From NCBI GenBank assembly GCA_051294375.1, contig CM119265.1, positions 24,947,697 through 25,011,696 on the forward strand: a stretch of 64,000 nucleotides of DNA, read 5' to 3'. Positions 36,650 through 49,596 of this stretch are shown piece by piece. The notes under the pieces were generated by a model, which saw only the letters and a list, made by a program, of their open reading frames with translations, was not told the origin of the DNA and did no database searches. The translations under genes were made by a program, and so were the position numbers. This DNA comes from Paraspadella gotoi. Taxonomy: Eukaryota > Animalia > Chaetognatha. The stretch's first letter is position 1. Each line of letters starts with the position of its first letter.

Positions 36650-39600
36650 ATCATCCACTTTTTTTGTTTTCTCTAATTATCCTATTTTTCCCCCATATTT
36701 ATTTTTATTTAATGTTTGNNNNNNNNNNNNNNNNNNNNNNNNNNNNNNATGTTAATTTGGTTATAGATTTTTCTTTTTTCCCAAAAATCTTTCTTTCCCC
36801 CCAAAATCTCCCACTCACCCTGCTGCCGCGGTCGCCGCTGACGCTGCACCACTGCTGCGCTCCCGCCACGAAGAAGATCTGATCGTTTGTAAGGTTGAGA
36901 CCGGGTAGGCGTGTCTCACCGCCCGCCGCTTCCGCCCACGAGAGGTAAGCGGCGAAGGCGGCGCGAAGACCCGAAGTGTCGGCGAGGTTCTCCTCCAGAG
37001 TCTCGTTCTCGTCGAGGGGGGAGAACCCAGACTCTCTGGGGTCAAGAGGAGGGGATTGGAATGTATGTGATTTTAGTGATTGACTCACAATTATTAACAA
37101 GTTTTTAATGATTGACTCACAATTATTAACAAGTTTTTAGTGATTGAATCACTTTTATAAATAAGTTTTTTAGTCATTGGCTCACTTTTGTTAACAAGTT
37201 TTCAGTGTTTGGTTCTTTTTTATTAACGAGCTTTTAGTGATTGGTTCCCCTTCATAAACAAGGTTTTAGTGATTGATTTTATTAACAAGTTGATCATCTC
37301 ATTCATTTTTAAATTAAAAAATTCTTTCCCGTTTTCATCAGCGATTGAATCTCTATTTTCTTGGCTTGCATCACTCGCGACAATGATTTGCTCGCTTTCT
37401 TCATGTGTTTTGGTGATCCCATCACATTCATGACATTTGTTTGGGACTATTTCACTCTCCAGTGGAGAATGATTTCTATCCGTCAGCCATTGGCTGCCAT
37501 ATATTTCCTATATTTCCTCAACGACTTCGGTGATTCTCCAACCAATGGTTTGCTCACCCCAGTGATTGGCTCACGCGTTTCCTGATTGGCTCACCTGTAG
37601 GCGGCGTAGTGATTGACAAGGCACTTGAGTCGCGCGAGGATTTTCCCTCTCGTCCGCGCGTCGAACCAATCGGGGCGGAGCGTCCCGTCGGAGTCGTAGT
37701 TGAGGCCGTCGATGCCGAACGCGTGGGCGATTTCGTGGCCGACCTTTAGAAGGACCGAGCAATCAATCGATTGAGCAATCAATCAATCAATCCAATCAAT
37801 CAATCCAATCAAATCAACTTTAGAAGAATCAATCAATCGATCAATCAATCCAATCAAATCAACTTTAGAAGGACCAAGAAAACAATCGATTGAGCAATCA
37901 ATCAAACAATCAATCAATCCAATCAAATCAACTCTAGAAGGACCAAGCAATCAATCAATCAATCAAGCAATCACTCAGATCAACTTTAGAAGGACCAAGA
38001 AATCAATCGATTGAGCAATCAATCAAACAATCAATCCAATCAAATCAACTTTAGAAGGACCAAGCAATCAATCAATCATTCAAGCAATCACTCAAAGCAA
38101 CTTTAGAAGGACCAAGCAGTCAATCGATTGAGCAATCAATCAATCAATCCAATCAAATCAACTCCCTCACCGTCCATCCAAAGGCCCCGAAATTGACGGC
38201 CATGGGGAATCCCGGATCGAGGAATGGCTTCTGCATCAGCGCCGCCGGGAGGACGACCGAATTGGCGCTCATGTCGTTGAAGCGTTGAGTCGACGGGGCT
38301 CAGGTCCCACCTGGCTCAACGAGAGTAGGGGGGGTAGGGTGGTGGGAAAATGGGAGCGCGGGTGTGGGGGGATGGGGTTAGTTTTGGACTATTTTGAAAA
38401 ATCGTTAATCATTTTTGCGCAATGATTTTTCTTTCACCCTCCCTCCCTCCCTCTCCTCCTCTCTCTTCCTATCTCCCCCTCTCCCTCCCTCACTCTGCAT
38501 CGTTGACCCTCCTCTTAAACTTTTCCTCCGCCGTCCTCGCGAAAAATCTTCTCAAATTGATTTGATTTCGAAAAAAGTTTTTGTTTGGGTCGAGAGAGAG
38601 AGAATCGTAGCGTCGACGAAGCCAGGAGGCGTTGAGGAGGTAATCGGGGTAGCCGAGGCGAAGGTCTGGGGAGAGGATGTGATAAAAGATGTCATAAAAG
38701 ATGTGTGGTGATAGAAGCGCCGTTAAAACTGTAGGTCTACACCTGAATGCAATTTATGTCATTTGACATCCATCAGTACATCAATAAACTTTAAAGTTGT
38801 TGATGACTCGTTACTAACGACCTAGTAATATTTATTAATATTAGTAGCTTTATTTTATTATCTGCTTCCGTTAAACAAATAAATAATAAGATAAATAAAA
38901 AAATCCGGCATCAATTCGATTAGACATCGAGTCTGTTACCATATAGTACTTTTTTTTCTCTCGGTCCTTGTTTTCAACCTGATAATAAATTCTGACTGAT
39001 TTATCTGATCTTAATCGTTCTTATTTATCATTAAAGTAATCGAAGCAATTATTTATAAATTCGGCAACTTGCCTCTTATCCACATTCATAAACAACAAGA
39101 AGAATCACATAAACAACGTAAACATCAACAACAACAACAGCAACAACAACATCAACAACAACAATCAGGCGTCAATTGTCAGGGAAAAAAAACCTTGGCT
39201 TTCCATCGTTAATCATCGAGAAAGAATAAAAACCTCGCAGGTCGGAGATGAAAATTAATGAGAGACAAGAGAAGGGACAGTTGTTCAGGGGTTTTTTGAA
39301 AGGGGGGGGCGGGGGAATATTAGCATTGGGGTGGAGGAGGGTTAAGGAAGGAAGAATTATCATGGGCGTGCAAGAGCTTAAGGGTAAGGGGTGAAAGAAG
39401 GGGTAAGGGTGAAAAGGGGTAAGGGGTGAAAAGGGTAACGATTTAATAAGGGGTCATTCTACTTGGGTGTGAAGCTTAAGTTGCCCAAAAGGAATGTGAT
39501 GGTAAGTTTATTAAAGGTAGAGCGAAGTTGAAGCGGCTGGGTAAGTTAAGCAGAAGAGAGCGGGTCTCACGAGGTCTAGAGGGGCGTGGTGAAAAAAAAG

Positions 39601-41045
39601 ATTCAAATAATTAAACTCTAGAATTGAAAATTTGAAGAAAAAAAATTAACACGTCCCTTCCCGGGAAATGTCTCTCTTTAAAACAAAATGGGGAAATGGA
39701 TTCGTCAAATGGAATCGCGAGATGGAATTTCGAAATGGAAATTGAGGGTGAGAGAAAAAGAAAAAGATAAAGTAAAAGAAAAAGAAAAAGAAAAAGTAAA
39801 AGAAAGAGAAAAAGAAAAAGAAAAAGAAAAAGAAAAAGAAAAAGAAAAAGAAAAAGAAAAAGAAAAAGATAAAGAAAAAGAAATAATCGCGGAATGAAAG
39901 TTGATGATAGATAAACAGTGTAAAAAACATTAATTAACATCTTAAAATTTTTAAATATATTGTCATTTGTCATTGACATTGTCATTTACCAAGTTAAAAA
40001 TATTTGTTGAAATATTACTTATGGAAATTATAACTTTATTTTCAGATACTTTCATACTTTCAAAACAAAAATGAAAATTTATGTCGTATTAATTCAAGAA
40101 ATAAACATTACAACATAATTAAAAAAGGAAAAATTTAAAAAAATTTTACGAAATTCGCTCCCAAAGTTAAGCCGAAAACACAAACATTAAATGGAGACGG
40201 AAAATGAATTGAGAAAAAAATATTAATGCATGAATAATAACGAAATTTCACGCAGTAAAAAATGAGGCTGAGACTCAGATTAAAATCTAGACTGGGATCT
40301 GGGGAAATCTCGAGGGAGAGAGGGAGGAAAGGAGGGGGAGAGAGAGAGGGAGAGAAAGAGAGAGAAGGAAGGGAGAGGAAGAGGGAGGAAGGGAGAGGGA
40401 GAGAGAGAAGAAGGAAGGCAGAGAGGAAGGAAGGGAGGGAGAGAGGAAGGGAGGAAGGGAGAGAGAAAAGGAGGAAGGGAGAGAGAGAGGAAGGGCGAGA
40501 GGATGCTGAGTTAGAGAGAGAAAGATAGAGATAAGAAGGAAAGAGAGAGAGATAGAGAAGGAAAGAAGAGGAAATAAAAAGGAAGAGGAAGAGAAGAAAT
40601 TGTGAGATGAGAGTGAGGAGAAAGAGAGGGCCTTATTTTCTCAGAACGTCACATTTTATCTTGAAAATCGGTTAGCGGTTAGAATTATTGATTAGTTTAG
40701 GCATTATGTTAGTGATTAAGGTTAGGAACTTATTTCGGTTAAATATTAAAAATTATGAGACAAACAAAATGAAATGGGGTCACTCTCGGAAAAGAGAGCA
40801 GAACTATCTATAAAAAAATCGAGAGAGTAAATGCAAAAGAGAGCAGAAGGAAAATGGGAAAAACGCTAAAGTGGATAATGGGAAATGGAAATGGAAATGG
40901 AAATGGAAAGGAAAGGGAATTGGTTAGGGCAAAAGGGGGAATACAGAATGAGAGATGGAATTGGAGAAAATCGTCAAATCTGAGATGGAAATTGAAGAAA
41001 ATGAAGGTGGGGAAAGAATGGAAACGAAATCGACTGAAGAGACAA

Positions 41046-41078
<33 letters not shown>

Positions 41079-43720
41079 CTTTCTCTCTCTCCCTCCCTCT
41101 CTCTCTCTCTATCTATCTCCCTCTCGTTTCTCTCTCCCTCTCTTACTCACACAAATCGGCTAAAAAGACACACACACACACTCTCTCTCTCTCTTACCCA
41201 CACAAATTCTCACAGCCAATCTCTGGGACGAATAAGGTGACAATAAAACGTTGGAAAATTGTGAGTTAAGTCGGAAAATTAACTGAAGGGAAAAGAATTA
41301 AGGAAGTCATGAGTCTTATGTTTAGTAGAGCGGATCGAAATAGATGTGCAATCTTTATTAAAAATAAAAATAAAATAAATTTTTAAAAATTTTAAATTAA
41401 ATGAAGTAATTTAGTTAGTTTGATTAACTTTAGTTGATTCGAAATTAAAAAAAAAATAAAAGAAAAAAAAATTTTATAAAAAATATTCAAATTTTGTTGT
41501 AAAATTTCGATAAATGTAATTAAAATTAAATTAATTTTACTTTTCATTTATTCTCAAGATGGGGGCTAAAATTTTGGATCGACTTAAAGATTAAAACTCT
41601 TTTGGAAACGAAGACTGAATAATTTGACTTGAATCGTGAATCATATTTTTAAAAAAAATTACAAAAAATGGAATTCGAGTGAAATAAGAGGAAAATTAAA
41701 AAAAATTTTAAAAAATGGAAAAAGGAAAAAAAAATTCTTGAATTTAAGAGAAAATTCGGAATAAAGACAAGAATTTTTTCGTCCTTGAAAGTGAATCAAG
41801 CAAAGAAAAAGAAAAAGAGCAAAGGAAAAGAAAGGAAATAAAAGGAAAAAGAAAAGAAAAGAAAAAAGAAAGTCATTGAAGGACATCATTAGGCTGAGAC
41901 CTCAAGATACTTTGGCCTTCGTTTTAGCTTCTTTTTTTCTCTCTTCGCAATCGGAAAACCTTTTTCTCATTCGTATATTTAGAGTAAGAGTAAATATTTT
42001 TTTTCTTTTTAGCTAAAAATTTTGTCAATTATGAGATAATAGTATAGTAGTATCATAGTATTATAGTATTAATTGTGAATTTTTTTTTGATTACGTAACA
42101 CGAGATTGAAATTTTCTGAGATGAGATTAATTCTCAGAGAAAACAAGATCGGTTCATCCAATGTGTTTCGCCGCAGTGACTTTATTTTCACGTGATCACA
42201 TGNNNNNNNNNNNNNNNNNNNNNNNNNNNNNNNNNNNNNNNNNNNNNNNNNNNNNNNNNNNNNNNNNNNNNNNNNNNNNNNNNNNNNNNNNNNNNNNNNN
42301 NNNNNNNNNNNNNNNNNNNNNNNNNNNNNNNNNNNNNNNNNNNNNNNNNNNNNNNNNNNNNNNNNNNNNNNNNNNNNNNNNNNNNNNNNNNNNNNNNNNN
42401 NNNNNNNNNNNNNNNNNNNNNNNNNNNNNNNNNNNNNNNNNNNNNNNNNNNNNNNNNNNNNNNNNNNNNNNNNNNNNNNNNNNNNNNNNNNNNNNNNNNN
42501 NNNNNNNNNNNNNNNNNNNNNNNNNNNNNNNNNNNNNNNNNNNNNNNNNNNNNNNNNNNNNNNNNNNNNNNNNNNNNNNNNNNNNNNNNNNNNNNNNNNN
42601 NNNNNNNNNNNNNNNNNNNNNNNNNNNNNNNNNNNNNNNNNNNNNNNNNNNNNNNNNNNNNNNNNNNNNNNNNNNNNNNNNNNNNNNNNNNNNNNNNNNN
42701 NNNNNNNNNNNNNNNNNNNNNNNNNNNNNNNNNNNNNNNNNNNNNNNNNNNNNNNNNNNNNNNNNNNNNNNNNNNNNNNNNNNNNNNNNNNNNNNNNNNN
42801 NNNNNNNNNNNNNNNNNNNNNNNNNNNNNNNNNNNNNNNNNNNNNNNNNNNNNNNNNNNNNNNNNNNNNNNNNNNNNNNNNNNNNNNNNNNNNNNNNNNN
42901 NNNNNNNNNNNNNNNNNNNNNNNNNNNNNNNNNNNNNNNNNNNNNGTCCGTTTAAAGTTGAATTTCATCGAATTTCATTACTTTTAATTTTGAGGAAGAC
43001 AGACAGACAAACGGCCCAACGGACTTACCAAGAGCCATGGCCTTCTCGAGGGCCTTTCCTTTGGCCTCTCCACTCAACCATTTCTTTCGCTGAATTCGAT
43101 CAACAAAAGACGAACGAATTTTGGCAGTGATGTCTTCGGCGTGGCGCTTGCTGTCTTCCTGCAGAGGCGNNNNNNNNNNNNNNNNNNNNNNNNNNNNNNN
43201 NNNNNNNNNNNNNNNNNNNNNNNNNNNNNNNNNNNNNNNNNNNNNNNNNNNNNNNNNNNNNNNNNNNNNNNNNNNNNNNNNNNNNNNNNNNNNNNNNNNN
43301 NNNNNNNNNNNNNNNNNNNNNNNNNNNNNNNNNNNNNNNNNNNNNNNNNNNNNNNNNNNNNNNNNNNNNNNNNNNNNNNNNNNNNGAGGGGAGAGAAAAA
43401 ATAAAATGAAAAAGAAGAAAGATCAAAGGGCGAACTTCAATGTTTCAGTTTTGTCTTTTAAAAGCGTAAAAAATAGAAAATTATAGAATGGAATAGAATA
43501 AAATTAAAAGAATAAAAGTCAAAAGATTTAATATAACAATATAGATAATTAATACGCAGTTCGGATTACCCACCTTGACTTAAGAAATCTGATTTAAATC
43601 CTAATAATTGAATTAATGTTATTCTACTCACGTTGAAATAATTCCTGATGTAGATTGAGGCAAGAATGTCTTTGAATCCGAACCGGACTGTCTCCAGACA
43701 TTTCTCTTTCCTTTCCTCTT

Positions 43721-43768
<48 letters not shown>

Positions 43769-44502
43769 GCGACGACGAATGAGATGAACCCCAAATCACG
43801 TTTTCCAGGTAAGTCGCGAGTCTTGAAAAGGGTTCGCTGAAAAGAGAAGAGAGTGAAAAAAGGAAATGAGGTTTTTTTTCTTTTTTGCAGTGTGACTGGT
43901 CGGTTTGGGATATCACGGAGGAGTCACTGTCAACGTGAAAAGGAGAGGAGAAAGAGTGAGACGGAGGATCAAAGAAAGGAGAGGAGAATGGGACGAGAGA
44001 GAGAGAAAGAGAGAAAAAGAGAGAGAGAGAGAAAGAGAGAAAGAAAGAGAGAGAGATAGAGATCTAAAGAAAGAAGACGTGGGAAGAGAGCGAGTTAAAA
44101 CTGACTCTTATCAAGAAAAAAAAACGAGTATTTGCAAAGAAAAGAAGAAAATTGCGAAAATTATGAATATTCAGTCTCAAAGACGAAGTCGGCGGCCGAT
44201 GAAGCCGACAAGCTAAGAAACCCAGAGCCGCGAGCTATGGAAACTCTTGAAATGGCTNNNNNNNNNNNNNNNNNNNNNNNNNNNNNNNNNNNNNNNNNNN
44301 NNNNNNNNNNNNNNNNNNNNNNNNNNNNNNNNNNNNNNNNNNNNNNNNNNNNNNNNNNNNNNNNNNNNNNNNNNNNNNNNNNNNNNNNNNNNNNNNNNNN
44401 NNNNNNNNNNNNNNNNNNNNNNNNNNNNNNNNNNNNNNNNNNNNNNNNNNNNNNNNNNNNNNNNNNNNNNNNNNNNNNNNNNNNNNNNNNNNNNNNNNNN
44501 NN

Positions 44503-44536
<34 letters not shown>

Positions 44537-47500
44537 AAAGGATCGATTAAACGAGGCCTCTCTCACTCGAACTAGGTTTGTTTACAAACAAATTTTATGG
44601 CATCAACGTTATCATCAGGATTAGAGTCGAATGGCGGAGGGATGGAGGGAAGGGAGGAAAAGTTGAAAGAAGGAATAGAAAAAAGGATAGGAAAGGGACT
44701 GGGTGGAAGGTAGGAAAAAGAAAAAAGTGAAGTTATAGGAGGGAGAGCGATGAAAGCTGGAAAAAATGGGAAAGGAAGTGAGGAATTTGGATAATAGGAA
44801 AGAATAATGATAAGAGATTAAAAGAGATGAGCAAAGGAAAGGAAAAGGAGACAAAGAAGCAAAAAAGAGGGAAAGGAAAAAAGGAAAAGAGGAAAGAAAA
44901 AGGAAAAAGAAAGGGATGCAAACGAAAGTAAAGGAAAAAGGGGGAAAAGGAGGGTAAGGGTAACAGAGGAATAGTAAGGAGTAAGGATAAAGAGTAAGGG
45001 TAAAGAGTAAGGGTAAGGAATAAGGGAAAAGAGTAAGGGTAAACAGTAAGGGTAAGGAGTAATGGTATGGAGCAATGGTAGGAATAAGGGTAAAGAGAAA
45101 GGGTAAAGAGTAAGGGAAAAGAGTAAAGGTAAAGAGCAAGGGAAAAGAGTAAGAGTAAGGGTAAGGTGTAATGGTAATTAAACTCGTTTTTCTCCAAATT
45201 CAACGTCACCGACGAAACTTCGACGAACAAAATTCATGAGTGAGTTTCTTTTAACCACAGCTGCGGATTTTGATTTGGGTAAGTGGCAACGCGGAAGAAT
45301 TTAGGGTGGGAGAGAAAGATGAAGACTGTAAAAAGAGGAGTAAGTGTGGAAGATAAGAAAAAAGAAAAAGAGAGACGGGAAATAGAAAGGATAGACAGAA
45401 AGAAAGAGGGAAAAAAGATNNNNNNNNNNNNNNNNNNNNNNNNNNNNNNNNNNNNNNNNNNNNNNNNNNNNNNNNNNNNNNNNNNNNNNNNNNNNNNNNN
45501 NNNNNNNNNNNNNNNNNNNNNNNNNNNNNNNNNNNNNNNNNNNNNNNNNNNNNNNNNNNNNNNNNNNNNNNNNNNNNNNNNNNNNNNNNNNNNNNNNNNN
45601 NNNNNNNNNNNNNNNNNNNNNNNNNNNNNNNNNNNNNNNNNNNNNNNNNNNNNNNNNNNNNNNNNNNNNNNNNNNNNNNNNNNNNNNNNNNNNNNNNNNN
45701 NNNNNNNNNNNNNNNNNNNNNNNNNNNNNNNNNNNNNNNNNNNNNNNNNNNNNNNNNNNNNNNNNNNNNNNNNNNNNNNNNNNNNNNNNNNNNNNNNNNN
45801 NNNNNNNNNNNNNNNNNNNNNNNNNNNNNNNNNNNNNNNNNNNNNNNNNNNNNNNNNNNNNNNNNNNNNNNNNNNNNNNNNNNNNNNNNNNNNNNNNNNN
45901 NNNNNNNNNNNNNNNNNNNNNNNNNNNNNNNNNNNNNNNNNNNNNNNNNNNNAAGGGGAAGATGAAGAAAGATAGAGAGAGAGAGAATATTAGGATAAGG
46001 GAAGAATGAATGGAAGTAGAGTTGACTAAAATAAAAATAAAAAAGAAGATGGAAGATGATGAGGATGAGAAAGACGAGGAATTAAGTAGAAGATGAGAGA
46101 GATGAAAATTAGGGAGAAGATGAGAAAGAAGATAACTGGGAATAGGTAGAAGCTGAAAATAGGGATGACATAGAATAGGAAAGAAGAGGAAAANNNNNNN
46201 NNNTGACCGGAGGGGAAGGAAGAAAAAGAAAGAAAAAGGAAAAAAAATCCCAAAGAAAACTGGAGTTTGAAAGACTTAGGCTAAATGAAGGATTGGAAAG
46301 GATAAGAGACCAAAATAACCCATGAGCGATGACAAAGGCTAAAAAAAAAAGACTTTGAACTTTAAACTTATGAATTCAGTAAAAAAATTAAAGAAAAACC
46401 TATCGGCTCTCTTTTCTATTTTTTTATCCCAGAATTTAATTTTGAGGTTCGTATTTAACTTGAATATATTTTTTAGCTTTTAAACCAATTTTTAGCCATA
46501 ATCCATAACCCTACTGCTAACTTAATCCTTAAAAAAATCCTAAAAAATAATTAAATTCCGAATTTATGATAAAATTGGGCGTTCTTTAAAAATAAGGCAA
46601 AAAAAATCAGAAATGAACAAAAGGAATTCACACGAAAGCAACGAATGCAGAGAATGAAAGAAATGGCGGGAAAATGGATGTAAAGGNNNNNNNNNNNNNN
46701 NNNNNNNNNNNNNNNNNNNNNNNNNNNNNNNNNNNNNNNNNNNNNNNNNNNNNNNNNNNNNNNNNNNNNNNNNNNNNNNNNNNNNNNNNNNNNNNNNNNN
46801 NNNNNNNNNNNNNNNNNNNNNNNNNNNNNNNNNNNNNNNNNNNNNNNNNNNNNNNNNNNNNNNNNNNNNNNNNNNNNNNCCCCCCGCCTCTTTTCTTGAC
46901 TCCCGACTTCCCTCTCACTTTGGTTGGATACTAAATAGGGAGGATATCATATAATGTCCTCTGGCTTCGCTACTCAGCCTTAGCATCTATTGTCTCCCTC
47001 TCCCTTTCTCTTCCGTCTCTCTCTTTTCTCTCCTCTCACCTCCCTTATACCCTCCTTCTCGTTTTTCCACCTCCCTCTTCCCCACCCCCTTTTATCCCCT
47101 CTCTTCCTCTTTTCCCCTTTTATTCCCTCTCTCTTCCCCTCTCTTTCTCTCCCCCTCCACCCTCAAATTCCTCCCTCGATCGTCCATCTTCGTTTTTCCG
47201 TTGACCTCGTCATCTCTGAATCCTCGAAGCCTCGAACCTCAGTCGTCATCTTGAATATTCACCGGAACATCCCTGACCTGCTTCTCTGACCTGACCTGGC
47301 TTGCATCCCTGACCCGCATCCCTGAATCCTCACCCCCCGGAGATCCTTGTTATATCCCCGTTGACCCACATACAGACTCAATGGTCAAATCTGAGTAAAA
47401 ATTACCTTTATTATTATTATATATATTAAAATGAATTTTGATATTACATACATACATTTCACGAAATAAATTTTGAGTCAAAATTAAAGTGGTAGTAAAT

Positions 47501-48559
47501 TAATTCAATAAGCTATCTTGCCCATGACTTTGGACACTGGACAGCCTGTGGTGGGTAAAGGCCTCCATTCTTCTCAAAAGAAGCCCAGCAGCGTCCTTTC
47601 AAGACTCAGTCCCACAGTCTAGTTGACTCCCAGAGCATCTGGCTTCACTGTAAATCATTCCCAACCAATAGAGCGCATCTTCCCTAGTCCTTACCCGATT
47701 ACCTATTCTCTGTCTCTATCAAAACCTTACCAAAAGAGCTCACTCCGCCGCCCCCTTACCCTAGCGCGTCCCACAGCGTGACTTCGTATATGATCTGCCA
47801 GACGACGTGAGCGTTGAGCACACTTTGGTTCTCCGACGAGATCAACTTGTTCATCTCCTCGAGGTAGGAAAAGGGAACGGTGAGTATCACTGGAATGTCG
47901 TCGTCTGGANNNNNNNNNNNNNNNNNNNNNNNNNNNNNNNNNNNNNNNNNNNNNNNNNNNNNNNNNNNNNNNNNNNNNNNNNNNNNNNNNNNNNNNNNNN
48001 NNNNNNNNNNNNNNNNNNNNNNNNNNNNNNNNNNNNNNNNNNNNNNNNNNNNNNNNNNNNNNNNNNNNNNNNNNNNNNNNNNNNNNNNNNNNNNNNNNNN
48101 NNNNNNNNNNNNNNNNNNNNNNNNNNNNNNNNNNNNNNNNNNNNNNNNNNNNNNNNNNNNNNNNNNNNNNNNNNNNNNNNTCGTCGTCGTCGTCGTCGTC
48201 ACGAGGAAGAGTTTTTTTTCTTCCGAATCTTTTTTTTTCTCTGCGGATGAATTTGACGTGATTGATGACGTCATCTGCCGTTGGCGGCGTCGGCTGCGGC
48301 GGCTGCGGCGGGGTGCGGCGTCGGCCCTGCGGCGGCTTGCGTGGCGCGGTCGGCGGGCTCCAGTTCGGCGGCTGCGGCGGAAAGTATGTCGGCGCGAATA
48401 ATCATCTCTCACCATCCATCATTTTCCTCGAGATAATTTCCGACCTCCCGAGCGCCCACCAACTGGGAAGGAAGCAAGTAGTGGGAAAAAAAAAGATCGG
48501 CAATGATAGGGGCGGGATTTTTTCTTTTTTTTTCTTTCCCTCTATTCTCTCTCCTCTCA

Positions 48560-48601
<42 letters not shown>

Positions 48602-49561
48602 ACTCTCTCTCATCTCTCTCTCTCTCTCCTCTCTCTCTNNNNNNNNNNNNNNNNNNNNNNNNNCTCTCTCTCTCTCTCTCGACGTGAAAAGGCTTCAGTA
48701 TTGAGAATTAATGGCGGCGGCGAATGGAAGGATGAGAGGAAGGAGGACTGGAAGTCACGTGATCTTGGCGAGTTGTCGTACATAATAATTAAATTAATTC
48801 TTAAATTTCAATATATTTTTAAAATATTTTGAAATAGAAATGTAAATTTTGGGGATTATATTTGTACTTTACCGTATTATTGTTATCGAGACAGATCAGT
48901 AGTGTTTTTTTTATCAAATAGGGCGAATGCATGAGTTTTATTATATTCTAAAGATAAAATTAAGGCAATATGCGAATGAGAATTAGGGTTTGAATATTAT
49001 TTGATGGAGATTACCCGCAAATTGTTCGGTTATTTTATTTTTTGATTTCTCGATTATCTTATATCGACTAACTGAAATAAACTATAACATTTTTTTTCCA
49101 TAATCGCTCTCAACGAACTGAAAACTTTTTTCAAAATTCGTGGCGAAGCCAAAAAAAAAAAAACATATCCATTAGTCGTCCGCGAAAATATTTTCTCGTG
49201 AAATCTGATCCCGGAGGCAAAAAAAAAATGTGTTTTCCACACTTTTAGCTAAACGATTTTGGCTGAAAAAAATAAAAAAGTGAAATAATCTCAAGTTTTC
49301 GTCAAAGAATAAAAATATTAAATTGCCTTCATTAAGAATTCTTCGAAAAGTTTTAAGTAAAAAGAAAAAANNNNNNNNNNNNNNNNNNNNNNNNNNNNNN
49401 NNNNNNNNNNNNNNNNNNNNNNNNNNNNNNNNNNNNNNNNNNNNNNNNNNNNNNNNNNNNNNNNNNNNNNNNNNNNNNNNNNNNNNNNNNNNNNNNNNNN
49501 NNNNNNNNNNNNNNNNNNNNNNNNNNNNNNNNNNNNNNNNNNNNNNNNNNNNNNNNNNNNN

Positions 49562-49596
<35 letters not shown>

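Noticed and set aside
44950-45170. Interstitial telomeric repeat
   Set aside because: The units are irregular TAAGGG/TAAAGAG variants, not TTAGGG or TTAGG arrays
20740-48470. Genetic-code reassignment (TGA as sense), suggested by single in-frame TGAs near 20910, 21798, 31955 and 48400
   Set aside because: TGA ends the light-chain, EF-hand, Cys-module and peptidase genes at appropriate positions; TAA and TAG interrupt other blocks; and indel errors are evident nearby
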